From IMG/VR virus record IMGVR_UViG_3300020119_000126, positions 1 to 64,000 of that record: a DNA stretch of 64,000 nt. One strand, written 5' to 3'. A model generated the notes under the pieces. It was given only the letters and a program-made list of their open reading frames with translations. It was not told the DNA's origin and searched no databases. Shown here piece by piece: positions 8,311 through 18,740 of the stretch; position 1 is the first letter of the stretch, and each line of letters begins with the position of its first letter. The translations under genes were made by a program, and so were the position numbers. The DNA is from a virus.

Positions 8311-10299
8311 ATGTCTTACCCCCTCACCCCCCTGGGCCAGAAGATTCTCTTGGATCGCTATGCCCTCAAGGACGTTGAACGAACTACCCTGGCAGAAAAT
8401 GACACCGTGCTGGTTATCACTGACAAAGAAACAGGTCAGCGCGAAGTAGGCACTATCTGCCATATTATTGGCAATAAGGTCACAGTTTCCTTTGATAATG
8501 ACCTGACGGCTGTTGTTTATGACGCCGAATTTATTGACAAGCCCCTGGAAACCACCCCCCAGGAAGTTATCGAGCGGGTTGCCAGAGCCGTTGCGATTCA
8601 GGAGACTGACCCTGATTTTTGGCGTGAGCAGTTCATCAGCATCATGGACAACTGGAAGTTCATTCCGGCTGGCCGTATCCTGGCTGCCGCAGGCAATCCG
8701 GGCGAACTAACCTTCAACAACTGCTTCGTCCTTCCATCTCCCCATGACAGCCGCAAAGGTATCTTCGAACGCCTGGCGCAGATGGCTGAAATCATGAGCC
8801 GTGGTGGTGGCGTGGGCTTGAACCTGTCATCCCTTCGCCCCAAGAAAGCTTATGTTCGTGGCGTCAATGGCAGGTCAAGTGGTGCAGTCTCATGGGGCAG
8901 TCTATTCAGCAATGTAACTGGTCTCATCGAGCAAGGCGGCTCAAGACGCGGAGCGCTGATGTTGATTCTCAATGACTGGCACCCTGATATTCTGGACTTC
9001 ATCAATGCCAAGCGCACAGCGGGTCAGATCACCAATGCCAATATCAGTGTGGGTATCAGCGATGCCTTCATGCTGGCTGTGGAGTATGACGAGAACTGGA
9101 CACTGCGCTTTCCTGACACCAGCGAAGCCGACTATGACACTGCCTGGAAGGGTGACTTGACTGAATGGAGTGGGTCAGGCCATAAGATACGCATCTATAA
9201 GACCATCAAAGCGCGGGAGTTATGGCAGGCCATCATCGAGAGTGCATGGAGCAGTGCCGAGCCAGGGATTTGGTTCGTTGACCGCTCTAATGACATGAGC
9301 AACAGTTGGTATTATAATAGATTAGAAGCGACCAACCCCTGCGGAGAGATGCCGCTGCCTGCCTGGTCCGTCTGTAATCTTGGAGCCATCAACCTGGCTC
9401 AGTTCTATGACCCCAAGACACAGGTCAATTGGCCGGAACTGGCACGAGTTATTGCTGTCGCCGTGCGGTTTCTGGATAACGTGATTGATGTCACGTCCTA
9501 CCCATATCCTGAGAATGCTGTCCAGCAGTTCGTCGAGCGGCGCATTGGCCTGAACACGATGGGCCTGGCCGAGCTTATGATTCAGAACGGCATCCGTTAT
9601 GGCTCAGATGAGTCATTGAGTTTCATTGACTGTCTGTATGAGTTCATCGCCTGCAACGCCTATACAACCAGCATTGAACTGGCGATGGAGCGTGGGCCAT
9701 TTCCTGAGTTCAAGGCCCAGGAACATCTTAGGTCAGGCTATATACGGCAGTTACCTGAGATTATCAGGAAGGGTATCGAGCAGCATGGCATTCGTAATGC
9801 CGTCATCTTGACCCAGGCTCCTAATGGAACCATCGGGACCATGACAGGCACTTCAACGGGGATCGAGCCTTTCTTCAGCTTCAAGTGGTATCGTAAGAGC
9901 AGGCTGGGTGTCCATGAGGAGAACATGGCGATTGCACAGGAATGGCTGGATGAGAATCCAGGTCAGGAATTGCCAGACTATTTTGTCACCGCAATGCAGC
10001 TTACGCCGAGCGAACACGTCACTGTGCAGGCGGCAATTCAACGTTGGGTGGACTCCGCGATTAGCAAGACGGTTAATATCCCGTCAAGCCATACCATTGA
10101 GCAAGTTGGAGAAGTTTACCAGCTTATGCACCGCCTGGGAGCTAAAGGTGGCACTGTTTACCGTGACCAGTCCCGCGCCGACCAGGTGTTGTACTTGAAT
10201 GAAGGCGAAGAATGCCCTGAATGTCACAGTAAAACCCTAGTCAAAGAAAGCGGCTGCGCAACGTGCAGCACCTGTGGGTACTCATTATGCACACTATGA
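8311..10299 (+). CDS. nrdJ: Class II (B12-dependent) ribonucleotide reductase
   Basis: NNCFV, GGGVG, QGGSRRGA, TNPCGE, CNLG, APNGT, C-terminal CxxC pairs; no beta-subunit gene nearby. Confidence 0.92.
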   Translation: MSYPLTPLGQKILLDRYALKDVERTTLAENDTVLVITDKETGQREVGTICHIIGNKVTVSFDNDLTAVVYDAEFIDKPLETTPQEVIERVARAVAIQETDPDFWREQFISIMDNWKFIPAGRILAAAGNPGELTFNNCFVLPSPHDSRKGIFERLAQMAEIMSRGGGVGLNLSSLRPKKAYVRGVNGRSSGAVSWGSLFSNVTGLIEQGGSRRGALMLILNDWHPDILDFINAKRTAGQITNANISVGISDAFMLAVEYDENWTLRFPDTSEADYDTAWKGDLTEWSGSGHKIRIYKTIKARELWQAIIESAWSSAEPGIWFVDRSNDMSNSWYYNRLEATNPCGEMPLPAWSVCNLGAINLAQFYDPKTQVNWPELARVIAVAVRFLDNVIDVTSYPYPENAVQQFVERRIGLNTMGLAELMIQNGIRYGSDESLSFIDCLYEFIACNAYTTSIELAMERGPFPEFKAQEHLRSGYIRQLPEIIRKGIEQHGIRNAVILTQAPNGTIGTMTGTSTGIEPFFSFKWYRKSRLGVHEENMAIAQEWLDENPGQELPDYFVTAMQLTPSEHVTVQAAIQRWVDSAISKTVNIPSSHTIEQVGEVYQLMHRLGAKGGTVYRDQSRADQVLYLNEGEECPECHSKTLVKESGCATCSTCGYSLCTL

Positions 10300-10553
10300 T
10301 CTGTCCCAATTGTGGCTCTAATATGATACGGACTGACACTGGCAGCAAAAAGCGTGAAGAACATTACGACTCGACCATCTACCTTCACGCCTGGCGCTGC
10401 GCCTGCGGCAACGAACAACCTGGTCGATGGAACGTCCTGAAAGCCAAGCAATGGAGTGTGAGTCGCTGGCTTGATGTTAACGAAGCCAAGGTCAAGGCTT
10501 TGGTCTTTGCCGAAAGCCCTGCCATGGGCCAGTCCCACCAGGCTCAAGACTAA
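10296..10553 (+). CDS. Zinc-ribbon protein
   Basis: MICPNCG...CACG; ATGA coupling. Confidence 0.6.
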   Translation: MICPNCGSNMIRTDTGSKKREEHYDSTIYLHAWRCACGNEQPGRWNVLKAKQWSVSRWLDVNEAKVKALVFAESPAMGQSHQAQD

Positions 10554-10968
10554 GTGAGATAACACGCACGGCTGTATGGGGCAGGAACGGTCCAAAGCCC
10601 CATACGGCAGTCGTCCCCCAATAGACATACCACATGCTACCCATAGCAGCCACAGCCGTAGGTTCTCCCCAGGCCAGGATATAGTCGCCTAACGGCCTTG
10701 GTGTGACGAAGACTGTAGAGTGAACAATAACCTTTTCGACCTCGCTATAGGTGATATAAATCTCGCCGTTTTGACAGTAGCGAAAGTCTGAGGCATAGTA
10801 GCTTGAATAGCTTCTAAAGCAATCAGCATCAGCAGGAAGTGAAGCACCGGGGCGATAGCGATCCGGGATAGGAATTTCGGCATGCCGAATTTCACTCGTG
10901 GGTAGTGACTGAAATCTCACCAGAAGAAGTAGAATTGCCAGTAGTATCAATGTCAGCTTTGTCGCCAT
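10492..10968 (-). CDS. Secreted or membrane-anchored hypothetical protein; contains palindrome copy 4 (10876-10889)
   Basis: N-terminal hydrophobic signal-like segment. Confidence 0.55.
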   Translation of the reverse strand: MATKLTLILLAILLLLVRFQSLPTSEIRHAEIPIPDRYRPGASLPADADCFRSYSSYYASDFRYCQNGEIYITYSEVEKVIVHSTVFVTPRPLGDYILAWGEPTAVAAMGSMWYVYWGTTAVWGFGPFLPHTAVRVISLSLEPGGTGPWQGFRQRPKP

Positions 10969-11488
10969 TGTGGATGATTACCGTTCCGCCTTCGTTGACC
11001 TGAATGGGGGTAAGTGTCTTGAAGTTCTTAGGCTTGCGCAGGTACTCCATCTCTTTGCTGTCATCCTGTGGAGCTTCCTGAATAGGCTGAATATAGATTT
11101 GATAGAGTAATTCAGCGGCCTGAACCTTCTCATGGTCACGAGCGCCATTCTTGGCGACGTTAACCAGAGAACGCACGATGTTGTCCCACTCGCTGTAGAC
11201 ATAGTTGGAAGTATTGGCTTGCTGAGCCAGCAAAGGCCGGGCATGAAAGCGCCGAGCTTTAGCCATCAGGTCTACCCAGCGTGTCTGGTAGGTTGTGGCT
11301 CTAGCAATCCCTACCTCAGCACAAGCATCGGAAAAGGTCATGCCTTCCAGTTGGAGTGACAGTATCCTGACGCAGACGGTGAAGTCTACGAAGTCATTAT
11401 TATCAATATCCAGGCTCTTAAGCATCTCGTCAGTGAGTTCGATTTGCACCCTGGCAGGCAAAAAAGCAGGGGGACGTATTCTAGGCAT
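10892..11488 (-). CDS. HTH protein, terminase-small-subunit-like
   Basis: TFSDACAEVGIARATTY HTH followed by helical KVQAAELL; AGGAG RBS. Confidence 0.5.
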   Translation of the reverse strand: MPRIRPPAFLPARVQIELTDEMLKSLDIDNNDFVDFTVCVRILSLQLEGMTFSDACAEVGIARATTYQTRWVDLMAKARRFHARPLLAQQANTSNYVYSEWDNIVRSLVNVAKNGARDHEKVQAAELLYQIYIQPIQEAPQDDSKEMEYLRKPKNFKTLTPIQVNEGGTVIIHNGDKADIDTTGNSTSSGEISVTTHE

Positions 11489-11528
11489 AGAGACTCCTTT
11501 CAGCCTGACCCTAACGGGTAAATGTCGC

Positions 11529-11558
11529 TTGAAATATGACGGTTATATCTGCTATAAT
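11529..11558 (+). promoter_or_regulatory. Sigma70-type promoter
   Basis: TTGAAA-18 nt-TATAAT with extended TG. Confidence 0.7.
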
Positions 11559-11586
11559 GTTTATTAAGTACACAAGAGGATGAGCA

Positions 11587-12642
11587 ATGCAGTTCTCAAA
11601 TGCTATTCATATAGCCGACTGGCTAGAAGAAAGCTATGAAGCCTATCTACTCCATCTGGCTGACAACGGCAATCCTGTTGATTACGAAGGCAAGCGTAGT
11701 GGTGACTGGGATGCCCAAGGCGCACTACGGGTCAGCCGCATTGCCAAGGACTGCCCACGCTACCATGCCATGAAGGAGTTTGGCCTGACCGAGCCACAGC
11801 AGCTTAGTGTCCTCAAGGCAGCCCAGTTCGAAGACGCGGTGCGGGCGGCTGAAGTGGTTTATGAGTCCATTGCCTGGTCCTGCTTGAGTAATCCTTACTT
11901 CAAGATAAAAGCTGAAAGACGCACTTTACCGGGTACTCATCACTCAGGACTGGTTGGCACCATTGATGCGGTCTTGGAGTTTCATCGCAACCGCATTGAC
12001 CTTGACCCTGTTCATTTCCCCATAGAGGTCAAGCGTACTGATGCTGATGAATGGTGGGGCAAGCCAAGTGGCATTAGCCTTGACCAATTCTTACAGGTTA
12101 TCGGAGAGATGATCCTGGTCGGCAAAGAGGACTGGGGTGACTGTCCCTTTGGTTTTCTGTTCTCCCGCTATAGCTGGAAGGACAAAACTGATGAAGACCT
12201 GGATAGAAAACCACTATGCCGGGCCTGGACAGTGTACTATCATCCTGAGATGCAAGGCTGGCTGTTGTACTACAAGGCCGAAGCACAGACGGCTGATGAG
12301 GGTAGTGACTGGCCGAGCTTACCGGATGGTCGAATCTTTTTCTCGGTACAGGAATATCTTGACCTTGTCAATCTTCATAAGAAATATCTAGGTCAAGATG
12401 ACCCTATGCAGGGGGAAGCGCCCTATGATTTCCTGACCAACTGGCGCTGTGCCAGCAAGAAGGCTCCCAAGTATTATGCTGACAGTGGTAAACGTAAGGG
12501 CGAAGTAAAGAATGGGACGGGTATCGTCAAGCCGCGATGTGAATTTTTCCATGTATGCTTCGCACAACGCCTGGAAAGCGCGGGGTTTACAGAACCGCAA
12601 GACGAATATCCATATGACGCTTTGGTAGAGGACAATGATTGA
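11587..12642 (+). CDS. PD-(D/E)xK Cas4/RecB-like exonuclease
   Basis: CPR, GTIDAV, IEVKRT, LQV, C-terminal cysteines. Confidence 0.7.
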   Translation: MQFSNAIHIADWLEESYEAYLLHLADNGNPVDYEGKRSGDWDAQGALRVSRIAKDCPRYHAMKEFGLTEPQQLSVLKAAQFEDAVRAAEVVYESIAWSCLSNPYFKIKAERRTLPGTHHSGLVGTIDAVLEFHRNRIDLDPVHFPIEVKRTDADEWWGKPSGISLDQFLQVIGEMILVGKEDWGDCPFGFLFSRYSWKDKTDEDLDRKPLCRAWTVYYHPEMQGWLLYYKAEAQTADEGSDWPSLPDGRIFFSVQEYLDLVNLHKKYLGQDDPMQGEAPYDFLTNWRCASKKAPKYYADSGKRKGEVKNGTGIVKPRCEFFHVCFAQRLESAGFTEPQDEYPYDALVEDND

Positions 12643-13060
12643 ACTGAATACCCGCGATCTGGTAGTGTTATACTGTATTACGACCTGGAATGAGCAGGAG
12701 AATCGCCGCACCTCGCACATTCCCGCTAACGCTCGTGCCTCGATGCAGCAACCCTGCACGATTACCGTACTCTGTGGCAAGAAGGAACCTGGTGGCGGTA
12801 TCGTCAACAAGTTCATTGTGGATAACAACTTGAAAATCGAACTGGCTGATGACAGCGAACAGGTCTATCGAGCCACCACCCGGTTAGCTCAGGCAGGCTT
12901 GCTCTATCCAGTGACCAGTCGTCGGCAGCAGTATTCGCAGACGCCACTGGGTACACAGTTGATTAACTCCATTCGTTCTCAGCCACCAGCACGCTGGCCG
13001 GGCAAGGTCAAGGTTGAAGGAAGCCAGATTAGTCTTCCTGTTTCCTTGATTGCTGGCTAG
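12635..13060 (+). CDS. Winged-HTH protein
   Basis: QVYRATTRLAQAGLL...YSQTPLG. Confidence 0.6.
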   Translation: MIELNTRDLVVLYCITTWNEQENRRTSHIPANARASMQQPCTITVLCGKKEPGGGIVNKFIVDNNLKIELADDSEQVYRATTRLAQAGLLYPVTSRRQQYSQTPLGTQLINSIRSQPPARWPGKVKVEGSQISLPVSLIAG

Positions 13061-13074
13061 GTCTGTGTTATACT
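13046..13074 (+). promoter_or_regulatory. Sigma70-type promoter
   Basis: TTGATT-17 nt-TATACT with extended TG. Confidence 0.55.
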
Positions 13075-13140
13075 GGCTTTGGAATTGGTATCCCATGAAA
13101 GCGGGTAGGTTAACCCTTACCCGTTTTCTTGTGGCTATAG

Positions 13141-13770
13141 TTGTGGAGAAACTTCACATTGCCACTTGAAAAAGAACATCAAACCGAATGCTACCGCACC
13201 CTGGCGACTTTTGGTGGCCTGACCTATAAACTGGTGCAGGACACCACGGTCTGTGACAACTGCCATCGACCTATTCACCCCAAGAACAAAGGTTGGCCGG
13301 ACTATCACAGCGAACTACCTATTCGAGATAGCCACGCTCTACCCATCAAGGTGGAATGCAAAGGTGGTTCTGACCGCTTTAGCTTCAGTGAACTTCGTGA
13401 CGACCAACGGGAATGGCTGGCCGCATACAAGGGTCAGGCTTATCTGTGGCTTCAGATGGGCACGGCACGAGTAGGCACGTCAAGTTTTATGGCACGCAAG
13501 GTATGGATGATCCCCTATAAGGATTATCTACTAGCTGAGCAATTTATTAAAAATCAAACCACGGTTCAATATATCCCCATCAACCTGGAAGCAGCTATCG
13601 CTGCCAATGCGCGAATTAAGCATTCCGCGCATACCGCTTTCCTGCTTTTCTGCGCTTTTGAGATGGAATGGTTAGGAACTCCGCACAATAAATGGCGACC
13701 TAATCAGTATCATCCTATATGGGAGCTACACACAGAGGTAACCTATGAATCTTTCAACATCAACCAATGA
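13141..13770 (+). CDS. Holliday-junction-resolvase-like PD-(D/E)xK nuclease
   Basis: GWPDY...VECK...FSELRDDQREWL. Confidence 0.65.
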   Translation: MWRNFTLPLEKEHQTECYRTLATFGGLTYKLVQDTTVCDNCHRPIHPKNKGWPDYHSELPIRDSHALPIKVECKGGSDRFSFSELRDDQREWLAAYKGQAYLWLQMGTARVGTSSFMARKVWMIPYKDYLLAEQFIKNQTTVQYIPINLEAAIAANARIKHSAHTAFLLFCAFEMEWLGTPHNKWRPNQYHPIWELHTEVTYESFNINQ

Positions 13771-14614
13771 CGTTTTGGCTCTTGCCAGCCTCGCCGCTGA
13801 GCAAAGCATTGACCGCACGACCACGATGGACCAGCAGCTTATTCAGGCCCTGCATTACCAGTTCATTGAGGCTGCCAAGATTGGTCGCAAAGCCGCCTTC
13901 ATCCTGCGTGACCTGGCTGCGCAGATGTGGCTGACCAAGGGTTTCCTTGAACTTCAAGTGCCCTACGACAATGACCCCACACAGAAGCTGACCTTCGGTG
14001 ACTATAGTGCCTGGATTGGCTATGCCGTTGAGAAGTCAGGCTTGAGTGAGGCTACAGCAAGCGCCCTGAAGAATTTCATCCTGAATGTCGTTGACCCGGT
14101 TGCCAAGAAGCTGATCCTCAATCCAGCCACAGGTCAGCCATTCACCGTAGAAGAAGTGCTGGACCTGCGCGAGAACCATACGCAGAAGCTGGCCTCAGCC
14201 GCACGCCGAGCCTTGAATGACCCGGATAAGACTGATGACGAGAAGTATCAGACCATTGGCGAGATGCTAGAGATGGCGAAGACACTGAATGTAGAAGACT
14301 TCGTCGATGAACTACGGGCACGGTCACTTTCGGCACGCCGAAATGCACCAATTGAGGTCAAGCAAGCGCTGGCTCCCAAGAAGATTGTCTATATGATTGT
14401 CATTGACGAGGACCAGCAAGCCATCATGAATATGCTCTTAGATGGCCGCACGACGCTACGGACCAAGACTGTCGATGACCTGATGTCTGACCTGATGGCA
14501 ATTCAGGTAACTGACGCTGCTCTGAACAACGTCAGTTCCATTGAGAACGATGGTCTGGTAGATTTGGGTCAGGTTGAAGAAACAGAAGTCACGACCTGGT
14601 TAGAGGAACAGTAA
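13745..14614 (+). CDS. Helical putative DNA-binding protein; contains palindrome copy 5 (14329-14342)
   Basis: F..W.....GLSEATAS helix pattern reminiscent of ParB-type HTH/DUF3102; family tentative. Confidence 0.45.
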   Translation: MNLSTSTNDVLALASLAAEQSIDRTTTMDQQLIQALHYQFIEAAKIGRKAAFILRDLAAQMWLTKGFLELQVPYDNDPTQKLTFGDYSAWIGYAVEKSGLSEATASALKNFILNVVDPVAKKLILNPATGQPFTVEEVLDLRENHTQKLASAARRALNDPDKTDDEKYQTIGEMLEMAKTLNVEDFVDELRARSLSARRNAPIEVKQALAPKKIVYMIVIDEDQQAIMNMLLDGRTTLRTKTVDDLMSDLMAIQVTDAALNNVSSIENDGLVDLGQVEETEVTTWLEEQ

Positions 14615-15625
14615 ATGAACCTGCTCAGCCTGGTGGAACACGTCACTGGCGCTGAGTTCAAATGGCAAGCTCGAAAGGACGGGGGAGAGTATGGTGGTCC
14701 CTGTCCTTTTTGTCACGATGGTACTGACCGTTTTCGAGTCTGGCCTAATCACCCTCAGACACCGATGTGGTGGTGCAGAGTCTGTGGTAAGCATGGCGGC
14801 TCCATATTGCTGATGACACAACTATATCAATTAAGTGTGCCGCAAGCAAAGGAGCGCCTACTCGAAATGGGCTACCAGCTTGATGAGCAGCCTTATGAAC
14901 CACGCCGCGAGAAGAAGGTCACGGTTCTGGCCCCAAGCGAAGCTGACCTTCGGCAATTCGTCTTTGATGTCAATGCAGTCTATGCCTGGCATAAAGAACA
15001 CAGGCAGAAAGCGATTGACTACTTTAGCCAGTGGCAGCTAACGCCAGAGGATGTGGACCGCCATTGGTTGGGCTATGGCTCCTATAACAACGGCCAGGGC
15101 TATTCCATTCCTCACTGGTGGCTGGACCACTATGGCAACTATATCCTGAAGGGCGTGAAGTTTCGCCATGAAACCACTGACCCTAAGCGTCGCTTCAGCA
15201 CAGTCACCAACAGCCTGACCAGAGGGATATGGAATCCAAGATGGGTCAGTAATCCTGATGGCACGCGAGAAGGGCCTATCCTTAATCACCTGTTCATCCT
15301 TGAGGCCGAGAAAGATGCCGCCTTGCTCGATGGCTATGGCTATCCGGCTGTGGCACTCTTTCCTGAAGCCGCCTGGATGCACTATATGCCAGTTGTCCTG
15401 CGCAATGTCATTCAACCCATCATTGTCTACGATGAAGATGGTGGCAAGGGACTTGAACGGGCACTCACTATCGCTGATTACCTGAAAACTCGCCCGATAC
15501 TCGCGTCAACTCACGAGTGGCAGATCAAATCACCATCTGACCTGGCAAAAGAATATGGTCGAAATGCTATCCACGACTGGGTACGGAGTTTAAAACTTGA
15601 CATTACTACCTATGAATCTAATTGA
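14615..15625 (+). CDS. DNA primase (zinc finger + TOPRIM)
   Basis: CPFCHDGTDRF...WWCRVCG, ILEAEKDA, YDEDGGKG. Confidence 0.88.
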   Translation: MNLLSLVEHVTGAEFKWQARKDGGEYGGPCPFCHDGTDRFRVWPNHPQTPMWWCRVCGKHGGSILLMTQLYQLSVPQAKERLLEMGYQLDEQPYEPRREKKVTVLAPSEADLRQFVFDVNAVYAWHKEHRQKAIDYFSQWQLTPEDVDRHWLGYGSYNNGQGYSIPHWWLDHYGNYILKGVKFRHETTDPKRRFSTVTNSLTRGIWNPRWVSNPDGTREGPILNHLFILEAEKDAALLDGYGYPAVALFPEAAWMHYMPVVLRNVIQPIIVYDEDGGKGLERALTIADYLKTRPILASTHEWQIKSPSDLAKEYGRNAIHDWVRSLKLDITTYESN

Positions 15626-16337
15626 CCCCCGCAGCGCTGGTTTCATCTACGTCATGAAAGTGCAATCCTGGGAGGCTACTGTTGAACAACCCTACTATAA
15701 AATCGGTCTCAGTATACACCCCGACATCCGAGTGGACGAAATCCAACGCGGCCTGGCTCCCTTCCTGGCTATCTCACTCGTCTTTAGCTTGCCAGTGTCC
15801 AGTATGTATGATGTGGAGCAGAAGCTACACCTTCTGTTCGACGATAAACGGATATACAACGAGTGGTTCCTACTCCAAGAACATGACCTGGAATCCATCC
15901 GTAACCTAGCAGGTCAAGTCTCAGATATAGTGCGGCCTACCAGAGTGCGTCGAGCCATGGCTGACATCAAGTATGTGGCTCCCGCTAACGCGATGACGAC
16001 AGAAACCGCCAGTGAGCCAGTCAATACTGAACTTGAGAGTCTTATCCTGACCTATATTAAACATGCCCGGAAGAAGGTCAGCCAGGAGCATCGCACCTTA
16101 CTCAATATGCCAGTGGTCCTGGCCGGGCACACTTACGGCAGCCCTGAGCAGCTATGGTCCACTGACCCAATGTTCAAGGTATGGGTGGAGCGCCAACTGC
16201 AAGGCTTAGCCAATGTACCCAATATGACGGTTCGCTGGGCCATCAATTCCTTGCGCCAGTATGACCATGCCAAGCATGGCTGGGTCAAGCCCAAGGCGAG
16301 TCTCACTGAAGAATACGACATTTCCTATGGAGAATAA
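15612..16337 (+). CDS. T5orf172/GIY-YIG-like domain protein with extra C-terminal domain
   Basis: GFIYV...YKIGLS..P..R...EQKLH..F...RIYNEWF. Confidence 0.75.
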   Translation: MNLIDPRSAGFIYVMKVQSWEATVEQPYYKIGLSIHPDIRVDEIQRGLAPFLAISLVFSLPVSSMYDVEQKLHLLFDDKRIYNEWFLLQEHDLESIRNLAGQVSDIVRPTRVRRAMADIKYVAPANAMTTETASEPVNTELESLILTYIKHARKKVSQEHRTLLNMPVVLAGHTYGSPEQLWSTDPMFKVWVERQLQGLANVPNMTVRWAINSLRQYDHAKHGWVKPKASLTEEYDISYGE

Positions 16338-16339
16338 TT

Positions 16340-17941
16340 ATGACCAAAATTCCTGACTCATCAACCCTGGTTGCTGCTGAAGTAGCCTATGTTGGGTCAT
16401 TTCTGAAGGATGGTAGGTATAAGCGCGACAAGGACTTCTTCTCGCTGCGCACCTCTATCATCAATCCCAAAGACGTGAATGATCCCGTAGTTGGGGCTGC
16501 CCTGGAAGCTGTAGTTCGGCTTTACCACCAGAACGAGATACCGACCATTGACAACGTGGCACATGTTATCCTCACGGATGGATTGGTCACACCTGAAGCA
16601 GCCGGGATCAGTGGTGAGTCACAGACCTGGCAGGCATTGACTGACCTGCTGCATTACTGCGCTCAGCGCGGGGCCAAGTCCCTCAAGGACTTCCGGGTCA
16701 GAGAACGAGCAGTGCGCGAGAACTGGCGCAACCAGACTCTGTCGGCCAAGAACCTGGAAAAGTTTCTAGAGAATGCCCGCCGCCAGGCAGGGAGCAGCTT
16801 AGAGTTAGCGCTGGCTTTGCGCAACTATGCTGACAGTCTGATTGGCGACTCGGAAGTGGTCTCACAGACTGCTGACTGGGAAAAACAGAAAGAACTATTC
16901 GTGGAAATCCCTGAGCGCCAGCGTGCCTTACTGGGCCAGCCGCGCTTTACCTTTCCACCCCATTGGAACCTGAACTCGCTTATCCCGGTCCTGCGGCCTG
17001 GGGAGAAGATAGTACTCTCAGGCGGGACAGGCGATGGCAAGTCAGCCCTCTGTATGCAGTTTGCCGAGTGGGGCTGCATCACAGGCAAGAATGTCCTGGT
17101 CATCCATATGGAAGACAGTGACGAGATTATCCTGATGCGGCAGACGGTCAGGTGGATTGGTGGCACGCTAGAAGAACTGGAAAAGGGCGACCCCAAGGGC
17201 AAGATGGCAAAGATGTCTGCCCTGCGTGAGAAGTGGATGGAACGTGGCGGCAGTATTACCTATAAATATCTGGCCGGACACAGCATCCCACTCATCGTCG
17301 AGCAAATCAAAGAGACTGCCAATGAGATGGAAGCCCAAGGCAAGCATCTGGACCTGGTCGTCATGGACTACTTCCAGAAGGCTGACTTTGATACCAACAT
17401 CAAGGCAGGTCAGAACTATGTCAACGTAGCGAATGCCGGGGCTGAACTACTCAAGATTACAGCGCAACGTCTACAGCTTGTCCTGATGGTCATTAGTCAA
17501 GAGACCAGTGATGGCAATGGTGGTAAGCATACAGCCTGGACCAAAGCACTTGAGCAGAAGCCGCAGGTCTATATCAGCCTGACCCGTCATCTGGTCAAGA
17601 GGACTGAGGATGAAGAATGGGTCACTATGATGTTTGGCACTGAGCTTAAGCGCGTCCCTGTCGCCAAAGTAGGTGACCGTTCCTGCTGGTTGCAAGTTGA
17701 TGTCAAGAAAGCTAACCAGTCACGGCAAGGACGTATCTGGTTATTCTTTGAAGGGCCTCGCTTCCGTGCCTTTGACCCGACCTTTATGAATGAGGTTGAG
17801 AGCGGCGCACGCAATGAATTCGATGTACCTATCCTCAAAGCTGCCGATGATGCCTTCTTCAAGCGTACCGATAATTTGCTGGAAAGCTACCGCCTGGCCC
17901 GCACGCAACTACCCATGCCCGGCACTCATCAGCTTGATTAA
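16340..17941 (+). CDS. DnaB-like replicative helicase
   Basis: Walker A GGTGDGKS, HMED, VVMDYFQ, ISQ, KKAN. Confidence 0.88.
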   Translation: MTKIPDSSTLVAAEVAYVGSFLKDGRYKRDKDFFSLRTSIINPKDVNDPVVGAALEAVVRLYHQNEIPTIDNVAHVILTDGLVTPEAAGISGESQTWQALTDLLHYCAQRGAKSLKDFRVRERAVRENWRNQTLSAKNLEKFLENARRQAGSSLELALALRNYADSLIGDSEVVSQTADWEKQKELFVEIPERQRALLGQPRFTFPPHWNLNSLIPVLRPGEKIVLSGGTGDGKSALCMQFAEWGCITGKNVLVIHMEDSDEIILMRQTVRWIGGTLEELEKGDPKGKMAKMSALREKWMERGGSITYKYLAGHSIPLIVEQIKETANEMEAQGKHLDLVVMDYFQKADFDTNIKAGQNYVNVANAGAELLKITAQRLQLVLMVISQETSDGNGGKHTAWTKALEQKPQVYISLTRHLVKRTEDEEWVTMMFGTELKRVPVAKVGDRSCWLQVDVKKANQSRQGRIWLFFEGPRFRAFDPTFMNEVESGARNEFDVPILKAADDAFFKRTDNLLESYRLARTQLPMPGTHQLD

Positions 17942-17962
17942 AGCACCGGACTATGTTATACT
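17934..17962 (+). promoter_or_regulatory. Sigma70-type promoter
   Basis: TTGATT-17 nt-TATACT with extended TG. Confidence 0.6.
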
Positions 17963-17989
17963 TAGCAACAACAAAATGAGGAATACACG

Positions 17990-18376
17990 ATGAATAAACA
18001 GACTCAGGCAGCCATCAACGTCATCAAGGATCAGGCTAACTATCTACGGGATGTGGCTGCGGGCTATTATGACCTCAACGCGCAGACCAACCAGAATATG
18101 GAGCGGCCCATTGCAGAATTCGGCACGCCGAATACCAGGGCGGTTTACAATAAGTGGCTGCGCTTTCTCCATGCACCCCTCAACAATCTAAACTTCCGGC
18201 TGAATGACGATGAGCGACATTATGTCTTCTCCATCATCTTTGGGCGTCCCATTGCCTCAGCCGTTGAACTGACCAACATTGAATCCTGGGCCTGGAACAA
18301 ATTTGCCGGGAAAAACCCTGAGCTAACCAGCGCCATGATTAAGGACATTCTGCGTGAACGACACACCGCCCGATAG
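17990..18376 (+). CDS. Hypothetical protein; contains palindrome copy 6 (18119-18132)
   Basis: GAGGA RBS, 128 aa. Confidence 0.7.
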   Translation: MNKQTQAAINVIKDQANYLRDVAAGYYDLNAQTNQNMERPIAEFGTPNTRAVYNKWLRFLHAPLNNLNFRLNDDERHYVFSIIFGRPIASAVELTNIESWAWNKFAGKNPELTSAMIKDILRERHTAR

Positions 18377-18740
18377 CAATTTCCAGCTTGACCCCGAACT
18401 CGAAAAGCAGCTAATCGAAGCCCTTGAACATGAAGGGCTTCTGGCTGAAGTTGAAGGCGATGCCCATGACTGGGTTGCCTCACGTGGGTCAGAACTGGTT
18501 CTGAAATACACCCTGACCGCCTTGACCTGGTTAGCTCGTGCTCTGGCCCGTCCCTCGGAAGATGAGGAGATGGATGAGCGCACCCGTATGTGGATATGGG
18601 TAGTCGCTAACCGTCTGGTGCTCAGTGCTCCCAAGTCCATGACCCCTGAGATGTTTCAGGCATGGACCTTCGGCCTGCTCTCAATGGGCTATATGATGAG
18701 GGTTGAACATGAGCCAGGTCAGGACAAAGGCAGCGCTTGA
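18354..18740 (+). CDS. Hypothetical protein
   Basis: Overlapping ORF in operon. Confidence 0.6.
   Translation: MNDTPPDSNFQLDPELEKQLIEALEHEGLLAEVEGDAHDWVASRGSELVLKYTLTALTWLARALARPSEDEEMDERTRMWIWVVANRLVLSAPKSMTPEMFQAWTFGLLSMGYMMRVEHEPGQDKGSA

Noticed and set aside
11587-12642. Cas4 of a CRISPR system
   Set aside because: Solo Cas4-like exonucleases are common in phage recombination modules; no array present
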